64,000 bases of DNA, taken from IMG/VR virus record IMGVR_UViG_3300028797_000119; one strand, given 5' to 3'. The stretch is from an uncultured virus (IMG/VR IMGVR_UViG_3300028797_000119) (lineage: Duplodnaviria; Heunggongvirae; Uroviricota; Caudoviricetes). Under the pieces are notes generated by a model. That model ran no database searches, was not told where the DNA came from, and worked only from the letters and a program-made list of their open reading frames with translations. A program made the translations under genes and the position numbers. Below are positions 28,984-39,102 of the stretch, piece after piece. Each line of letters begins with the position of its first letter. Position 1 is the first letter of the stretch.

Positions 28984-29804
28984 GCCACATCCCTTATGAA
29001 CAAATCTTCTAATAAACTTGTAAACTTTCGAGTAATCTTAAACTTATTCAATTCATTTGACAAATCGGACAACAATTCATTCACATCAGTTTCGGTGTGA
29101 CTTACCACATATTTCATAGCACACGGAATCGTAGTATCTACTTTATACACATCAGCTAAATCATACGCCAACGGAGTAGAACCATTACCATGTATTACTC
29201 CAAATTGTGGTAGAAACCCCATTGCAGTTATACATGCCGTAGCTACACCATACAAAGCCATATTGCAAACCGTTATCGCAAAATTCAACCGATCATCTGG
29301 ATCCATGTCGCTTACTTGCGGAATGCGACCAGACCATTCAACTCCATAGAATTTAGACAATCCGTCATACGCTTGCTTCATGGCCGTAGCTTCGACGAGC
29401 AACAACTGTTTCACGCCCATTTTGACATTGGATTCAATCCTACGATACTTTAGTAACAATCTCCATAGCTGTTGCCGTTTAGTCATTATACGATTGATTT
29501 GTTCTTTGGCATTTTTCATACTTGACTGAACATTCATACCAACTGTATACATTGACATTCCAGACCGTCCACACCATACCACCGTTACATTACTATCGGA
29601 CAATAGTTTCACGGCATCCCTGGAAATCGATGTGCCGCATCCAAGCATGAGACATGCAATTCCTTCAACGCATAACGACTGTTTACCGGTTATCTTCGAC
29701 AATATCATGATGGTTCCATCAACCACCACGATATTGCATTTTTCCAAATAACGGATACTGAGCCGATCGTCCATTCGTACATGCGGTATATTACATGTCG
29801 GCAT
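28980..29804 (-). CDS. cas1: Cas1, type I-E-like
   Basis: DRLSIRYLE, CLMLGCGTSIS..AV, VVWCG, GVIHG, LAYDLADVYK. Confidence 0.92.
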   Translation of the reverse strand: MPTCNIPHVRMDDRLSIRYLEKCNIVVVDGTIMILSKITGKQSLCVEGIACLMLGCGTSISRDAVKLLSDSNVTVVWCGRSGMSMYTVGMNVQSSMKNAKEQINRIMTKRQQLWRLLLKYRRIESNVKMGVKQLLLVEATAMKQAYDGLSKFYGVEWSGRIPQVSDMDPDDRLNFAITVCNMALYGVATACITAMGFLPQFGVIHGNGSTPLAYDLADVYKVDTTIPCAMKYVVSHTETDVNELLSDLSNELNKFKITRKFTSLLEDLFIRDVA

Positions 29805-30333
29805 TTTCTGTAGCCTTGATAATGGGTAGACCGAGACCGAGATACTTTACTCGACCGTAGCCAGTAACGGCGAACTTTTCCAAAACGGCAGAATCGTCGC
29901 ATTCGCATTCGGCAACGATACGGCAAGTAGCCAGACGAGAACGGTGTTCTTCGTCGCACACCATGCCATCGAACTTGTACGAAGCGTCCAGCACTTCGAT
30001 GCCGATGGACTTCATGTACGTTCTGAACTTGGGATCCAGCCGGGTGCGGTATTCGTTCGGCATGATCGAGTGGTTGCGACCGTCCTTGCGAGTGACGGCG
30101 GCAACCGTCATTTCGATAGTGACCTTGCCAGTCGGAACCTTGACTTCGCTTACGTTCAGCACATCGGACTTGTCCTTCGGCGGTTCGCTAGACTGCACGT
30201 AGAGCATCGTTCCGATCTTGCAGTAACGAGGGCATGATTCCTTGTCAGTAGGGTTGTGGAAAATCTTGTGAAGTTTCTTATGTGCATCATTGGGCGTCTT
30301 GATGCCAGTTCCCTGAATAAGAGATATAAACAT
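29791..30333 (-). CDS. cas6: Cas6, Cas6e-like and compact
   Basis: H...HKIF, LYVQSSEPP, C-terminal G-loop GYGRVKYLGLGL. Confidence 0.8.
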   Translation of the reverse strand: MFISLIQGTGIKTPNDAHKKLHKIFHNPTDKESCPRYCKIGTMLYVQSSEPPKDKSDVLNVSEVKVPTGKVTIEMTVAAVTRKDGRNHSIMPNEYRTRLDPKFRTYMKSIGIEVLDASYKFDGMVCDEEHRSRLATCRIVAECECDDSAVLEKFAVTGYGRVKYLGLGLPIIKATENADM

Positions 30334-30395
30334 GTTGACTCCTTTTGGTTATGTATTACCAATGAATGACTGAGGGGAAACCCGCACTATATTTA

Positions 30396-31361
30396 TCAGT
30401 CTTTGTTCGGTACGAACGGCGTCGGAAGGCTCTCGTAGGTTTCGTTCCACGCTTCGCATACGTTAGGCACAACAACGTAACCGCCGTCCATGAACGTAGC
30501 GCACATCGGGCCTTTCAGCATCGCGATCCATTCAGCCTCTGTCAGCTTCATGTAGATGTTTCCGGACACAACCGTCGCAAGTTCAGGCGACCCATGTACC
30601 GGGGGACAAGCAAGCCATGCCTCAAACTTGGACGCGGTTGCGTAGTTTTCCATACGGAACACCGAGTCTATTATGGATTTGTCCTTGACAATCTTGATGA
30701 AGTCACGGTCAAATCCGTTGGAGCAGTTACCTTCCTTGGATTCGATGAACTTGTTCAGCTTGGCGTTCTTTGCGACAAACAGCTTGCGGAGTTCGGTCAA
30801 GGTCTGCAAGAACGAGTAGCGAACCTTGTAGTCTGCACCGAGAACATCAATGCAGAAATTATCGAAATCAAGGTACTCGTTCGGATATTTTCCGGTACAC
30901 CATGCGAGAGACATCGTCTGGTGGGTCGGACAGCTTCTGCCGAGTTTAAACCATTCTCCGTCAAGTTCGATCCGAACCAGAGTGGATTCGGTAGAATGTG
31001 CGTAGTACGCCTTGTTAGTAGTCAAGGTGGACTTGTTGACCTTGTCGGTCAAGATTTCAACAAAGCAACGGCTTGCGATGTCGTTGTACTTGGACTGGTC
31101 ATAGACGGCAACCGAGCTGCAATCCCGCTTGGCCGGGACTGGTCGGTCTCCCATTAACACGCTGACCAAGTTGGTCACGCAATGCTTCGGTACGGTATTC
31201 TCCGGACATATGGTACGACGGCTGATGTCGATACTTCCGCGCTTGGGAGTAAGGGTTTCTCGCGTGATGATACCGAAACCATACGGCACATGAGAAATCT
31301 TTTGTTCAGCAAAAAATTTTGCGTTCTTGAAGGACAGCTTGGCGAGGACATACTTAGTCAT
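30396..31361 (-). CDS. cas5: large Cas5, Cas5fv (I-F2)-like
   Basis: 321 aa between cas7 and cas6; VTNLVSVLMGDR, VSGNIYM, GPMCATFMDGGYV recall Cas5fv LNRLIGDQR, ASGQLEI and the terminal G-loop. Confidence 0.65.
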   Translation of the reverse strand: MTKYVLAKLSFKNAKFFAEQKISHVPYGFGIITRETLTPKRGSIDISRRTICPENTVPKHCVTNLVSVLMGDRPVPAKRDCSSVAVYDQSKYNDIASRCFVEILTDKVNKSTLTTNKAYYAHSTESTLVRIELDGEWFKLGRSCPTHQTMSLAWCTGKYPNEYLDFDNFCIDVLGADYKVRYSFLQTLTELRKLFVAKNAKLNKFIESKEGNCSNGFDRDFIKIVKDKSIIDSVFRMENYATASKFEAWLACPPVHGSPELATVVSGNIYMKLTEAEWIAMLKGPMCATFMDGGYVVVPNVCEAWNETYESLPTPFVPNKD

Positions 31362-31423
31362 GGTAAAAACTCCTTATGAAAAATGGGCTGGCTGTTGCCA
31401 ACCAGCCCCAGGAATCAACGAAC

Positions 31424-32467
31424 TTATGCGGATTCTTCGGTTGCGGCCTTTTCTTCGGCTTCCTTCTTTGCCTTTCTGGCTTCCTGTTCGGCCTTCTTCT
31501 TGGCGGACTTGGCAGCCTTGTTGGATTCGGCAAGCTGGCGTTCAACTTCAGCCTTGGCAGTCTCGTACTTGGCCTTGTCGCCTTCGATATACTGGCTGCA
31601 TACGCCGTAGTCGGAACCGAGATCGAAATTTTCAACAACGTTGTTGTCTTCGTCGAGTGCGGATACCTTCATGGAAGCGAACCTTGTGAAACCTGTTGCC
31701 TTTTCGATGTTGAAAGCCTTCAAGGTATCGGCATACCAAGAAACGATGGAACGGACTGCGGAGTCAGGAAGCATGTAGCCGTATTCCGGAGTGTCCACAC
31801 TTGCATTCTTCAATGCGTAGTAGCCGTCAGCCACATCGCCGTAATTCTTGCGGAGATTGGCAAGAACGATATTTTCGAGGTGGCGAGGAACTGCGCGACG
31901 GTCGAAGATGTCGCTCACGGAAATGAACTGGAGTTCGCTCAGGTTGATGGTCACTTCAAATTCCCAGACGGTAGAACCGAAAGTTTCTTGCTGGAAATAC
32001 GACGTGTCGTTGCGGACACCAGACGCGGACTTGCTTTCGATCATGGACACAGCACCGGATTTTTCTTCGGCGTCGGTCACTGACAGCGGAGACTTGCGCT
32101 TTGTTGCGGTGTCGCCTTCCTTGGGGAACATATAGCCACGGAGGATAGCTTCCTTGGAGGCCAGGTATTCAGCCCAGATGCTGTCTACCAAGGTGATGGT
32201 GCTGTTCTTAGTGCCAGCCATCTGGTGACGGATGCAGTCGGCACTGATTTTCAGCACACGGACGAGCTTGCCGTCACGGATGTAGTAGTTAGCCTTGTGC
32301 CACTTGATGTTCTTAACGTACTTGGCGGTCACGTCCGGGTTAAAGCCAGCATCTTGCATGGCCTTGACGAAGGCATCCTTGTTGCCGTTGGAGCCTTCCC
32401 AGTTTACGCCACCCTTACCGGTGGTTGTGACAGTGAAGGTGATAGACTTGATGTTCTTACTAGTCAT
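31424..32467 (-). CDS. cas7: Cas7fv (type I-F2/I-Fv)-like backbone subunit
   Basis: IKSITF...GKGGVNWEG, ISADCIRH, ILRGY, KRKSPL, RNDTSYF..ETFG, ELQFIS...FDR match Shewanella Cas7fv motifs as I recall them. Confidence 0.85.
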   Translation of the reverse strand: MTSKNIKSITFTVTTTGKGGVNWEGSNGNKDAFVKAMQDAGFNPDVTAKYVKNIKWHKANYYIRDGKLVRVLKISADCIRHQMAGTKNSTITLVDSIWAEYLASKEAILRGYMFPKEGDTATKRKSPLSVTDAEEKSGAVSMIESKSASGVRNDTSYFQQETFGSTVWEFEVTINLSELQFISVSDIFDRRAVPRHLENIVLANLRKNYGDVADGYYALKNASVDTPEYGYMLPDSAVRSIVSWYADTLKAFNIEKATGFTRFASMKVSALDEDNNVVENFDLGSDYGVCSQYIEGDKAKYETAKAEVERQLAESNKAAKSAKKKAEQEARKAKKEAEEKAATEESA

Positions 32468-32554
32468 AGTTGATTCCTTTTTGTTGTTTAATGGTTTTGG
32501 CGAACCGCCGACGCATTCCTCATGCAACTGCGAGGGAACCCCGCCTCAAGACAA

Positions 32555-34912
32555 TCAGTCCTTCGGCTTGTTCTTGAAGATCCCGATATCATGTGAATAT
32601 AGCAATTCGCTAGGATTGACGATATACGGATAGTTCTCGTTGCGGTAGAAAGACTTGTTGAGAAGGTACTTCTTGCGCTTGTTCTCCCCCTTCTTCCCCG
32701 GTTCCCCAAGGTATTCAGCGAGCTTAGGGAACTTTGTCCTCAGTGAGTCTCCGTACTTGGCGCAAACTGACTTAAGCTCGTCTTGGCTCCAACGGTAGGC
32801 GAACGCCTTGTAGAGGTTTTCCACCTTGTCCATATCCATTTCGCTCTCTCCGACGGAGAACGGACCGAACCACTCGTCTTGATTCTCGCCAAGAACGATG
32901 TACTTCATGGACGGGTCTGGATTGCGTATCGTGCCGTGACCTGTCTTGCCGATAGTCGTCTTGGTGTTGTAGTAAGGACGTTGCGGATGGCACTTCTCGG
33001 CAAGAACTTGCACACCGTTACGGAACAGTCGGTCGGCATACTTCTGCTGTTGCATGGCGGTTTCCTTGTTGAACTGGTCAAGCAGCTCGTACATCATCGT
33101 CAAGGTCATGTCGCCGTTGAAATGCTTCTTGACAAAGTCAGCCCACAGACCGTAAAGGGTCAAGTCGTACTGCTTCTCGATGTAGGTCTTGTTCGCCTTG
33201 GTCAATTTGTCCGGAACGACGAGGTAAAGCTCGGCTTCTTCGTACTCGCCGAAGCGGTCGCACCTACCGATACATTGGATATCGTTGTTCGGGGACGAGC
33301 ACATGATTGCCATGCTCTGGAAGGATATGTCCGCACTTGCCCTCAAGATAGGGCCGCTACACACGGCAAACTTGTCACCAGTTGCTCCCTTGCCATAGCT
33401 TGCGTAAATCTTGCCCATCTTGTCGGCTCGATCCTCGGCGGTGTACTTGGAATGGATGCACACATCGCCAGCATTGATGTCGCAATACTTCTGCGCATCT
33501 TCTACCACGTTGAAAATACGGATTTGGTTGTCCTTGCGGTCGGGCATTTCGCTCACCACGTGGACGTGGTACACCTTGTCGTGCTGAGGTGCAAAATGCT
33601 GGTTCTCGCCGGGAAGAACGGCAACAGTGGACTGGTCGAGACAGTGCTGCTTTTCTAGCTTCACCGGGGTAGCGGAAAGGAACATCTGCGGAGCCTTGGT
33701 GATAGCCGCACGGGCGTAGGCAAGCATGCTGTAGGCGGCGTACATAGCGGACATGTCTTGCGGAATTTCGTGGTATTCGTCGAATACCATCACGGCGCGG
33801 AACATTTCGTACTGAACATCAGCAAGTCGCTGACTTGCCATCGGCTGAGTAATCGCGTCGATGTTCGTTACGATGATGTGAGGCGAATTGACAGACACGG
33901 GACCGAAAGATGTCTCGTTTCCACCATACACCTTGCTAACGTGGAGGTTCAAGCCCATGAGTCTGTCCAAGTCCTTCAACCCTTCGTAAACCGCGTCGAT
34001 TACAACGTTTCTCGGACACACCCACATTACAGGCCGTCCGTACTGCAAAGCCCATGCCATGCCGACAAGGGTCTTTCCGAAACCAGCCGGGGCGGCAAGC
34101 ATGTTCGTCACTCGGTTGGCAGCAGTTATAATGGCCTTCTGCGTGGCGAAACGAGCCTTGTAGCTCTCTGGAACGGCAAGCTGTTCCGCAGAAACATTTT
34201 TATAGCGGCTCTCGTTGCTGTAATGACGACCGCTTGCCTCTCGGTCGCCACGTATAAGCACCATACGGACAAACGAGATCAATGCGTTCACCTCAACCAG
34301 TTCCACCTTCTGCCTTGTCAAGGTCTGGAAGCGCTCGTTGTCGCTTGCATAGGAAGGAACCTTTACGTTGTCGGAATAGCTTTCTGGTTCCGGAACGGTG
34401 ATTCCGAGGTAGTCGCAGATAGGTTCAAACGAAAAAATAAAATTGCCGTACTCGTCCTTGGCGTTCAGCAATGACGGAGAATTATCGAAGTCCTGGGCGG
34501 CACCATGATGCCAATATACAGCGTTGAGGATTGCTTCACGCAATACGGGCGGCAACCCGTACTGGTCGAGAATGGACGGCATCAATGCCAGTGCCAGCCA
34601 GCTGTACTCGTTGTGGAAACGCAGTGCGGTAACTTCCGCGCCAGCTTCCTTGGACCCGTCAACCATGTCGGCGGTAGGATCGTCTGTTTCGGCCATCGTC
34701 TTCGCGAGATAGGTCTGGAAATACGGCAGAGCCTTGCCGATATCGTGGTATCTTCCGGCAATTCGGCATGCCTCGATAATCTGCTCCCTAGACACGCCAG
34801 CGATGCTCACTTCGTCCGCAATAAGGTCGGCTGCAATAGCAACACAACGTGCTTCGGTAAGATTACTGTGGTATTGTAATGTGGTTCCATCACTCTTTGC
34901 TAGGTAAATCAT
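32555..34912 (-). CDS. cas3: Cas3 HD nuclease-SF2 helicase, stand-alone
   Basis: LAKS...H, YHDIGK, HNEYS, WHHG; APAGFGKT, FDEYH, LSATP, IHSKY, QCIGRCDRFG. Confidence 0.95.
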   Translation of the reverse strand: MIYLAKSDGTTLQYHSNLTEARCVAIAADLIADEVSIAGVSREQIIEACRIAGRYHDIGKALPYFQTYLAKTMAETDDPTADMVDGSKEAGAEVTALRFHNEYSWLALALMPSILDQYGLPPVLREAILNAVYWHHGAAQDFDNSPSLLNAKDEYGNFIFSFEPICDYLGITVPEPESYSDNVKVPSYASDNERFQTLTRQKVELVEVNALISFVRMVLIRGDREASGRHYSNESRYKNVSAEQLAVPESYKARFATQKAIITAANRVTNMLAAPAGFGKTLVGMAWALQYGRPVMWVCPRNVVIDAVYEGLKDLDRLMGLNLHVSKVYGGNETSFGPVSVNSPHIIVTNIDAITQPMASQRLADVQYEMFRAVMVFDEYHEIPQDMSAMYAAYSMLAYARAAITKAPQMFLSATPVKLEKQHCLDQSTVAVLPGENQHFAPQHDKVYHVHVVSEMPDRKDNQIRIFNVVEDAQKYCDINAGDVCIHSKYTAEDRADKMGKIYASYGKGATGDKFAVCSGPILRASADISFQSMAIMCSSPNNDIQCIGRCDRFGEYEEAELYLVVPDKLTKANKTYIEKQYDLTLYGLWADFVKKHFNGDMTLTMMYELLDQFNKETAMQQQKYADRLFRNGVQVLAEKCHPQRPYYNTKTTIGKTGHGTIRNPDPSMKYIVLGENQDEWFGPFSVGESEMDMDKVENLYKAFAYRWSQDELKSVCAKYGDSLRTKFPKLAEYLGEPGKKGENKRKKYLLNKSFYRNENYPYIVNPSELLYSHDIGIFKNKPKD

Positions 34913-34971
34913 TGGTAAATTCCTTTGTTGTTGACCGCATTGGTTTGATACAACCACTGGGAAACCCCGGA

Positions 34972-35547
34972 CTAGAAGCGGAGTTTTTTCTTGGCTTTTT
35001 TCACCCTGCTTTCATCCTCGGATTTCTTGATTTCGTTCTGCTTGATAGAACATTCAATCTGCGGGATGAACGATAGCAGGTGGGTAATTGCACTGTCCAT
35101 GTCGTAGAACACCTTGGTTCTCACCGTTGACGGAGTACATGTGTACGGACTTGAATAGTAGGAAAAGAGAAATTCGTCGCCAGCGTCCAAACGGGAGGTG
35201 TCCTTGTCAATGACAATCCACGCAAAGTATACTTCCGCAGTGGACTGGACGGTTTCGATGGCGAGGAAACAGTCGGTACGTTTCGGCATGGTGGCTCTCA
35301 GAGCCTTATTTAAGGCGGCACGGGTCGCCTTGACGTTTTTTGCACCACGAATTGCAATGGTCTTAAATTTTCCCTCAGCATTACGCACATGGTTGACGCA
35401 AGACGCTCCGCTAGATTCGCTAACATCGCTTTCCTTTGCAAGGTCATGGTCATCGTCCACAAAGGCCACCATATTAAGATAGTGGTTGTCTTGGTAGTCA
35501 AGCTTGTGGGAATAGGCGGTGCAGGATTTTCCAAAAAGAAATTTCAT
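34972..35547 (-). CDS. hypothetical protein
   Basis: AAGGAG RBS. Confidence 0.7.
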   Translation of the reverse strand: MKFLFGKSCTAYSHKLDYQDNHYLNMVAFVDDDHDLAKESDVSESSGASCVNHVRNAEGKFKTIAIRGAKNVKATRAALNKALRATMPKRTDCFLAIETVQSTAEVYFAWIVIDKDTSRLDAGDEFLFSYYSSPYTCTPSTVRTKVFYDMDSAITHLLSFIPQIECSIKQNEIKKSEDESRVKKAKKKLRF

Positions 35548-35567
35548 GTCTTCTCCTTTTGATTGTG

Positions 35568-36068
35568 CTATCCGACAATAATACCACGATTGGCAAGGAA
35601 TCGGTTAGCGATGTTCAATATCTTGGTCACGAAGGCTTCGTTCCCATTCAGTTCGCAAGTCATAACCTTGTTGTAGTCACGATGCCCGTACACGGGAGAA
35701 CAGAAGTACAGATGGGTGTGTCCTTTCATCGGAACCTTCGTATAAGACGATACCGGATTCGTCAGCAATTCGCGCAAGCATTCAAGAGCAACGGCCTTGT
35801 AGTGAGTGGTTCCGAACTGACGATAACCGCCCCGGCGAATGAAAGCGTCCGATTCGGCCTTACGGCGGAACTCAGATCGTTCGGAGCTTTGGTTAACGAG
35901 ACCGCACTTATACGTGAGCATCTTTTGGGTGGTTGCGGACTGTTCGATAAGATGTCCAAGTTCGCAAGGAGTGGGCGTATGACCCAGCTTGATAGCTGCC
36001 AGATGCCATACTTCGGTCTTGTTGAACGCCTTGATGGCGGCGCGGAATGCTTTAAGCGTGAATTTCAT
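35568..36068 (-). CDS. hypothetical protein
   Basis: AAGGAG RBS, junction element. Confidence 0.75.
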   Translation of the reverse strand: MKFTLKAFRAAIKAFNKTEVWHLAAIKLGHTPTPCELGHLIEQSATTQKMLTYKCGLVNQSSERSEFRRKAESDAFIRRGGYRQFGTTHYKAVALECLRELLTNPVSSYTKVPMKGHTHLYFCSPVYGHRDYNKVMTCELNGNEAFVTKILNIANRFLANRGIIVG

Positions 36069-36138
36069 AGGTAACTCCTTTTGGTTGCATCGGTTTGATA
36101 CAACCGCCGGGGAAGCCCGGACGGTTGCGATACAGTTC

Positions 36139-36735
36139 CTAGGGTTTTCTGGTTATGCGAAGATCACCGACGACACGGATTCCCTTGCGTGCGTACTTAC
36201 GTTTGAACGCTTCGAAATCCGCACTGAAGCTGGTCTTTTCCCAGTAGGCGAGACCGTTGGCGTCAAGCTGGCTGTCCAAGAAGTCCTTGACGTACTTTCG
36301 GGTGTCGTCTACCTTCTTGGAAGATACGAGCGGATTGCTCTGGCTGAATCCTTTAGCCGATATGCCGATACGAGCATACAGACCCTTACGCCACAGTTGA
36401 CCAGTCGCGTCCTTTCTCGGAACGGTTCTGTGTTCGATGGTGATAGTGAACTCGTCACGGACAGCCCAGTGGGTGTTGCTCTTGAGCGTGAGCGTGATAC
36501 GGGTACCGTGGTTTTCGGAGCCGCCATCCAAGAGCTGTTCGACACGATGCATCTGCAAGATTGCGCCAAAGGCCGATACGCAAAGATTGTGGAGATCCGC
36601 CCAGTAAGTACCTTCCGTGTCTACAGTCGGCGGATAGACATCCAAGCCACTCGTGTAGGTATCTGCGACCTTTTTGACGAGGTTAACGATACTCGGAAGT
36701 GATAGTAACTGCTTACCAAATTCGACCATTTTCAT
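36139..36735 (-). CDS. hypothetical protein
   Basis: AAGGAG RBS, junction element. Confidence 0.75.
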   Translation of the reverse strand: MKMVEFGKQLLSLPSIVNLVKKVADTYTSGLDVYPPTVDTEGTYWADLHNLCVSAFGAILQMHRVEQLLDGGSENHGTRITLTLKSNTHWAVRDEFTITIEHRTVPRKDATGQLWRKGLYARIGISAKGFSQSNPLVSSKKVDDTRKYVKDFLDSQLDANGLAYWEKTSFSADFEAFKRKYARKGIRVVGDLRITRKP

Positions 36736-36807
36736 AGATAACTCCTTGTTTTGGTTACACGATGACAATATCAAAAGAGGGGAAGCCCGGCCTACCCTCG
36801 GTTAGTG

Positions 36808-37314
36808 CTACAAGTAGATGTTCTCCGGATGCAGCTGCAAGTATTCGTTCAGCAGCGTCTCCCTTCGGTGAGCCTCTATGACCTCGATGAACGCGGTCGC
36901 GAGTTCTTGCTCCTTGAACCAAACCACGTATCCTTCAAATGTCGGGTCGCCTTCGGCGAGCTTTATTGCGTACCACGCATCTGAACGCATCGCTTCATCG
37001 TTGATTTTGATGTCTTTGGTCATACCTTGGGTTATATACTTCCAGAAATCAAGACCGAACATATCAAAACACTTGTATTGAAGCCCGTAAAACCAGCGTT
37101 TGCCTTTGGCATACCATTTCTTTTTCAAACGCCACTTCCGCCGCGAATACCCAATCGTTTCGTCGTCGAGAGCCGGAACTCCGTTCGTGGAAGCGACTAA
37201 TTCGCGAGAACCGTCTTTGACAAATTGGCTTTTAGTGTTGTTCATAATCTGGACGACTCGTTGACGGTCATCGTCTTCCAGCTCCGGATTCACGACAGTC
37301 TTTTCAAAATCCAT
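36808..37314 (-). CDS. hypothetical protein
   Basis: GGAG RBS. Confidence 0.7.
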   Translation of the reverse strand: MDFEKTVVNPELEDDDRQRVVQIMNNTKSQFVKDGSRELVASTNGVPALDDETIGYSRRKWRLKKKWYAKGKRWFYGLQYKCFDMFGLDFWKYITQGMTKDIKINDEAMRSDAWYAIKLAEGDPTFEGYVVWFKEQELATAFIEVIEAHRRETLLNEYLQLHPENIYL

Positions 37315-37333
37315 AGGAACTCCAATTAAAAAA

Positions 37334-37828
37334 TTATTTTACGGTCTTCAAAACAAATCTGCGGTAGTTGTCGGTAAGCCAAGTTTCCAAGGCTTTCTGC
37401 GCATCCACCAGATCTTGCGGTTCAGCCGGGGTTCGGTCGGCCTTCTTGGTGAAGACATAGTTGAATCGGTCATAATACTTCATCGCTTCGTAGAAAAGGT
37501 CTCCACAATGGGCTACCTCGCCAACACTGCAACAGAAAAATGCCCGATTCAGGCAACCGTCGGCTATCTTGATGGAATCGCCGTCGACGATGTACACACC
37601 GGCGTCGATACCGCCTTGGATGAACTTGGCGGCTCGTTCGGGTCTCGTCCGTTCCAGCTCGGCAAAATGCTTGCGCCACTTCTCGTCGATTTCCTCGCAA
37701 GTTGGGAGACGGAAACGAGGCTGGATTGGGCTTATGATGCTTTCGTGGGTCCAGCCACGACCGTTGCTTACCGGAAACTTGGTCTGCGTATTATGGCTGA
37801 TACCTTCCATATTCTTCGTTCTAGCCAT
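37334..37828 (-). CDS. hypothetical protein
   Basis: ORF with RBS. Confidence 0.7.
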   Translation of the reverse strand: MARTKNMEGISHNTQTKFPVSNGRGWTHESIISPIQPRFRLPTCEEIDEKWRKHFAELERTRPERAAKFIQGGIDAGVYIVDGDSIKIADGCLNRAFFCCSVGEVAHCGDLFYEAMKYYDRFNYVFTKKADRTPAEPQDLVDAQKALETWLTDNYRRFVLKTVK

Positions 37829-38074
37829 ACCGACCCCCTAGTAGGTGGTTACGTTTCCGGTGTCTTCGTTGACGACCTTGGTGATCTTGCTTCCCTTGGG
37901 GAAGATAGCCAAAGCCTTGTCGAAGGCTTCTTCGGTCGTGTCGCCGACCGGATAGGTGACCGACTTGCCGTTCGGCGTGTCGGCGTGGACTGCATAACAA
38001 TACTTGGCAACTTGCATTTTAAACTCCTTGGTTGGTTACATATAGACAATACCCCCATCGGGGACGCCCGGACC

Positions 38075-38527
38075 CTAGCCGAACAGTAGCTTCTGCACGC
38101 AAGCCATAGTCTTGTCGATCTTGGCTTGCAGCTCCTCGCGGCTAATCACGCTGTAGCTGGAACCGGGCGTGATGAACGTGCGGTGGTCGCCTTCATCCGA
38201 GAATGCGCGTACATAGGGGTCTTTGCCTTCTCGGAGTACCACATAGTCATATCTGATGGTGAAGAAGGTCTTGTACTCCTTGCTCCATTCCACGTTCTTG
38301 ACGATGGCGTAGGAAGTCACACGAGTGCTGAGGTCGATGATGTCGTTATGGAAAACGATAACCACGTCTTTCAGCTTCTTGCGGATGATGTCAACGATTT
38401 TCTGGTGGTTCTTGTCCATCAGATCGGCGTTCCACACCAAGTCCGGCTTGGTGTAGAATGGTGACGGCTGGTAAGTTCCCAGCTCTTTAATAATATTGTC
38501 GGTGAACAGCTTAACAACTCTGGACAT
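38075..38527 (-). CDS. hypothetical protein
   Basis: AAGGAG RBS, junction element. Confidence 0.75.
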   Translation of the reverse strand: MSRVVKLFTDNIIKELGTYQPSPFYTKPDLVWNADLMDKNHQKIVDIIRKKLKDVVIVFHNDIIDLSTRVTSYAIVKNVEWSKEYKTFFTIRYDYVVLREGKDPYVRAFSDEGDHRTFITPGSSYSVISREELQAKIDKTMACVQKLLFG

Positions 38528-38592
38528 ACATAACTCCTTGGTTACACATAACCGATATAACATTTGGGGAATCCCGGCTACAGCCGAGACAG

Positions 38593-39072
38593 TCAGTCCG
38601 ACCGCTTATACTTGCTCGGATGCCCCGGCTTGACATTGGGTATTCCGAGACGGTGAGCCTTCTGCGAAACCGCAGACACGCTGATATTGAACAGCTTGCT
38701 GATCTCGGTATAGGACAACCCGTCTTCTATGTACTTGAGGAAGCGTTTCTCCTTGAAGGTAGTCCAGATATCTTGTCTGGATGTGTCGAAACCGGCCTTG
38801 TGCAAGGCTCTCTGGAAGGTCTTGGGCGCGACGTGGTACTTAACGGCTAGGCCGCGCAATGTACCTTCTCCGTTGCGGTATTTCTCGACCATTTCAGCCA
38901 AGATTTCAGGTGTCCCGTTCGTCTTGAGACCCTCGCCGCTATAACCCAATATCTTGCGGATTACGCCGATGTCGATCCGCTTGATTTCCGGGTACTGGGA
39001 GAGTGCTTTCCTCGCTTGCTTGACCGTCCCCTTGAACAGCGGAAGAATGGATATAAATTTTTCCTCTGTCAT
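38593..39072 (-). CDS. multi-HTH DNA-binding protein
   Basis: LRGLAVKYHVAPKTF and WT...GLSYTEISKLFNISVSAVSQKAHRLGI (GcrA-like HTH). Confidence 0.7.
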   Translation of the reverse strand: MTEEKFISILPLFKGTVKQARKALSQYPEIKRIDIGVIRKILGYSGEGLKTNGTPEILAEMVEKYRNGEGTLRGLAVKYHVAPKTFQRALHKAGFDTSRQDIWTTFKEKRFLKYIEDGLSYTEISKLFNISVSAVSQKAHRLGIPNVKPGHPSKYKRSD

Positions 39073-39102
39073 ATTGAACTCCTTTGCGAAGGGACGCCCG
39101 GC

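Noticed and set aside
34972..36735. ORFs upstream of cas3 as cas8/cas11
   Set aside because: Too small for Cas8, no recognisable motifs, and separated from cas3 by junction elements like other cassettes
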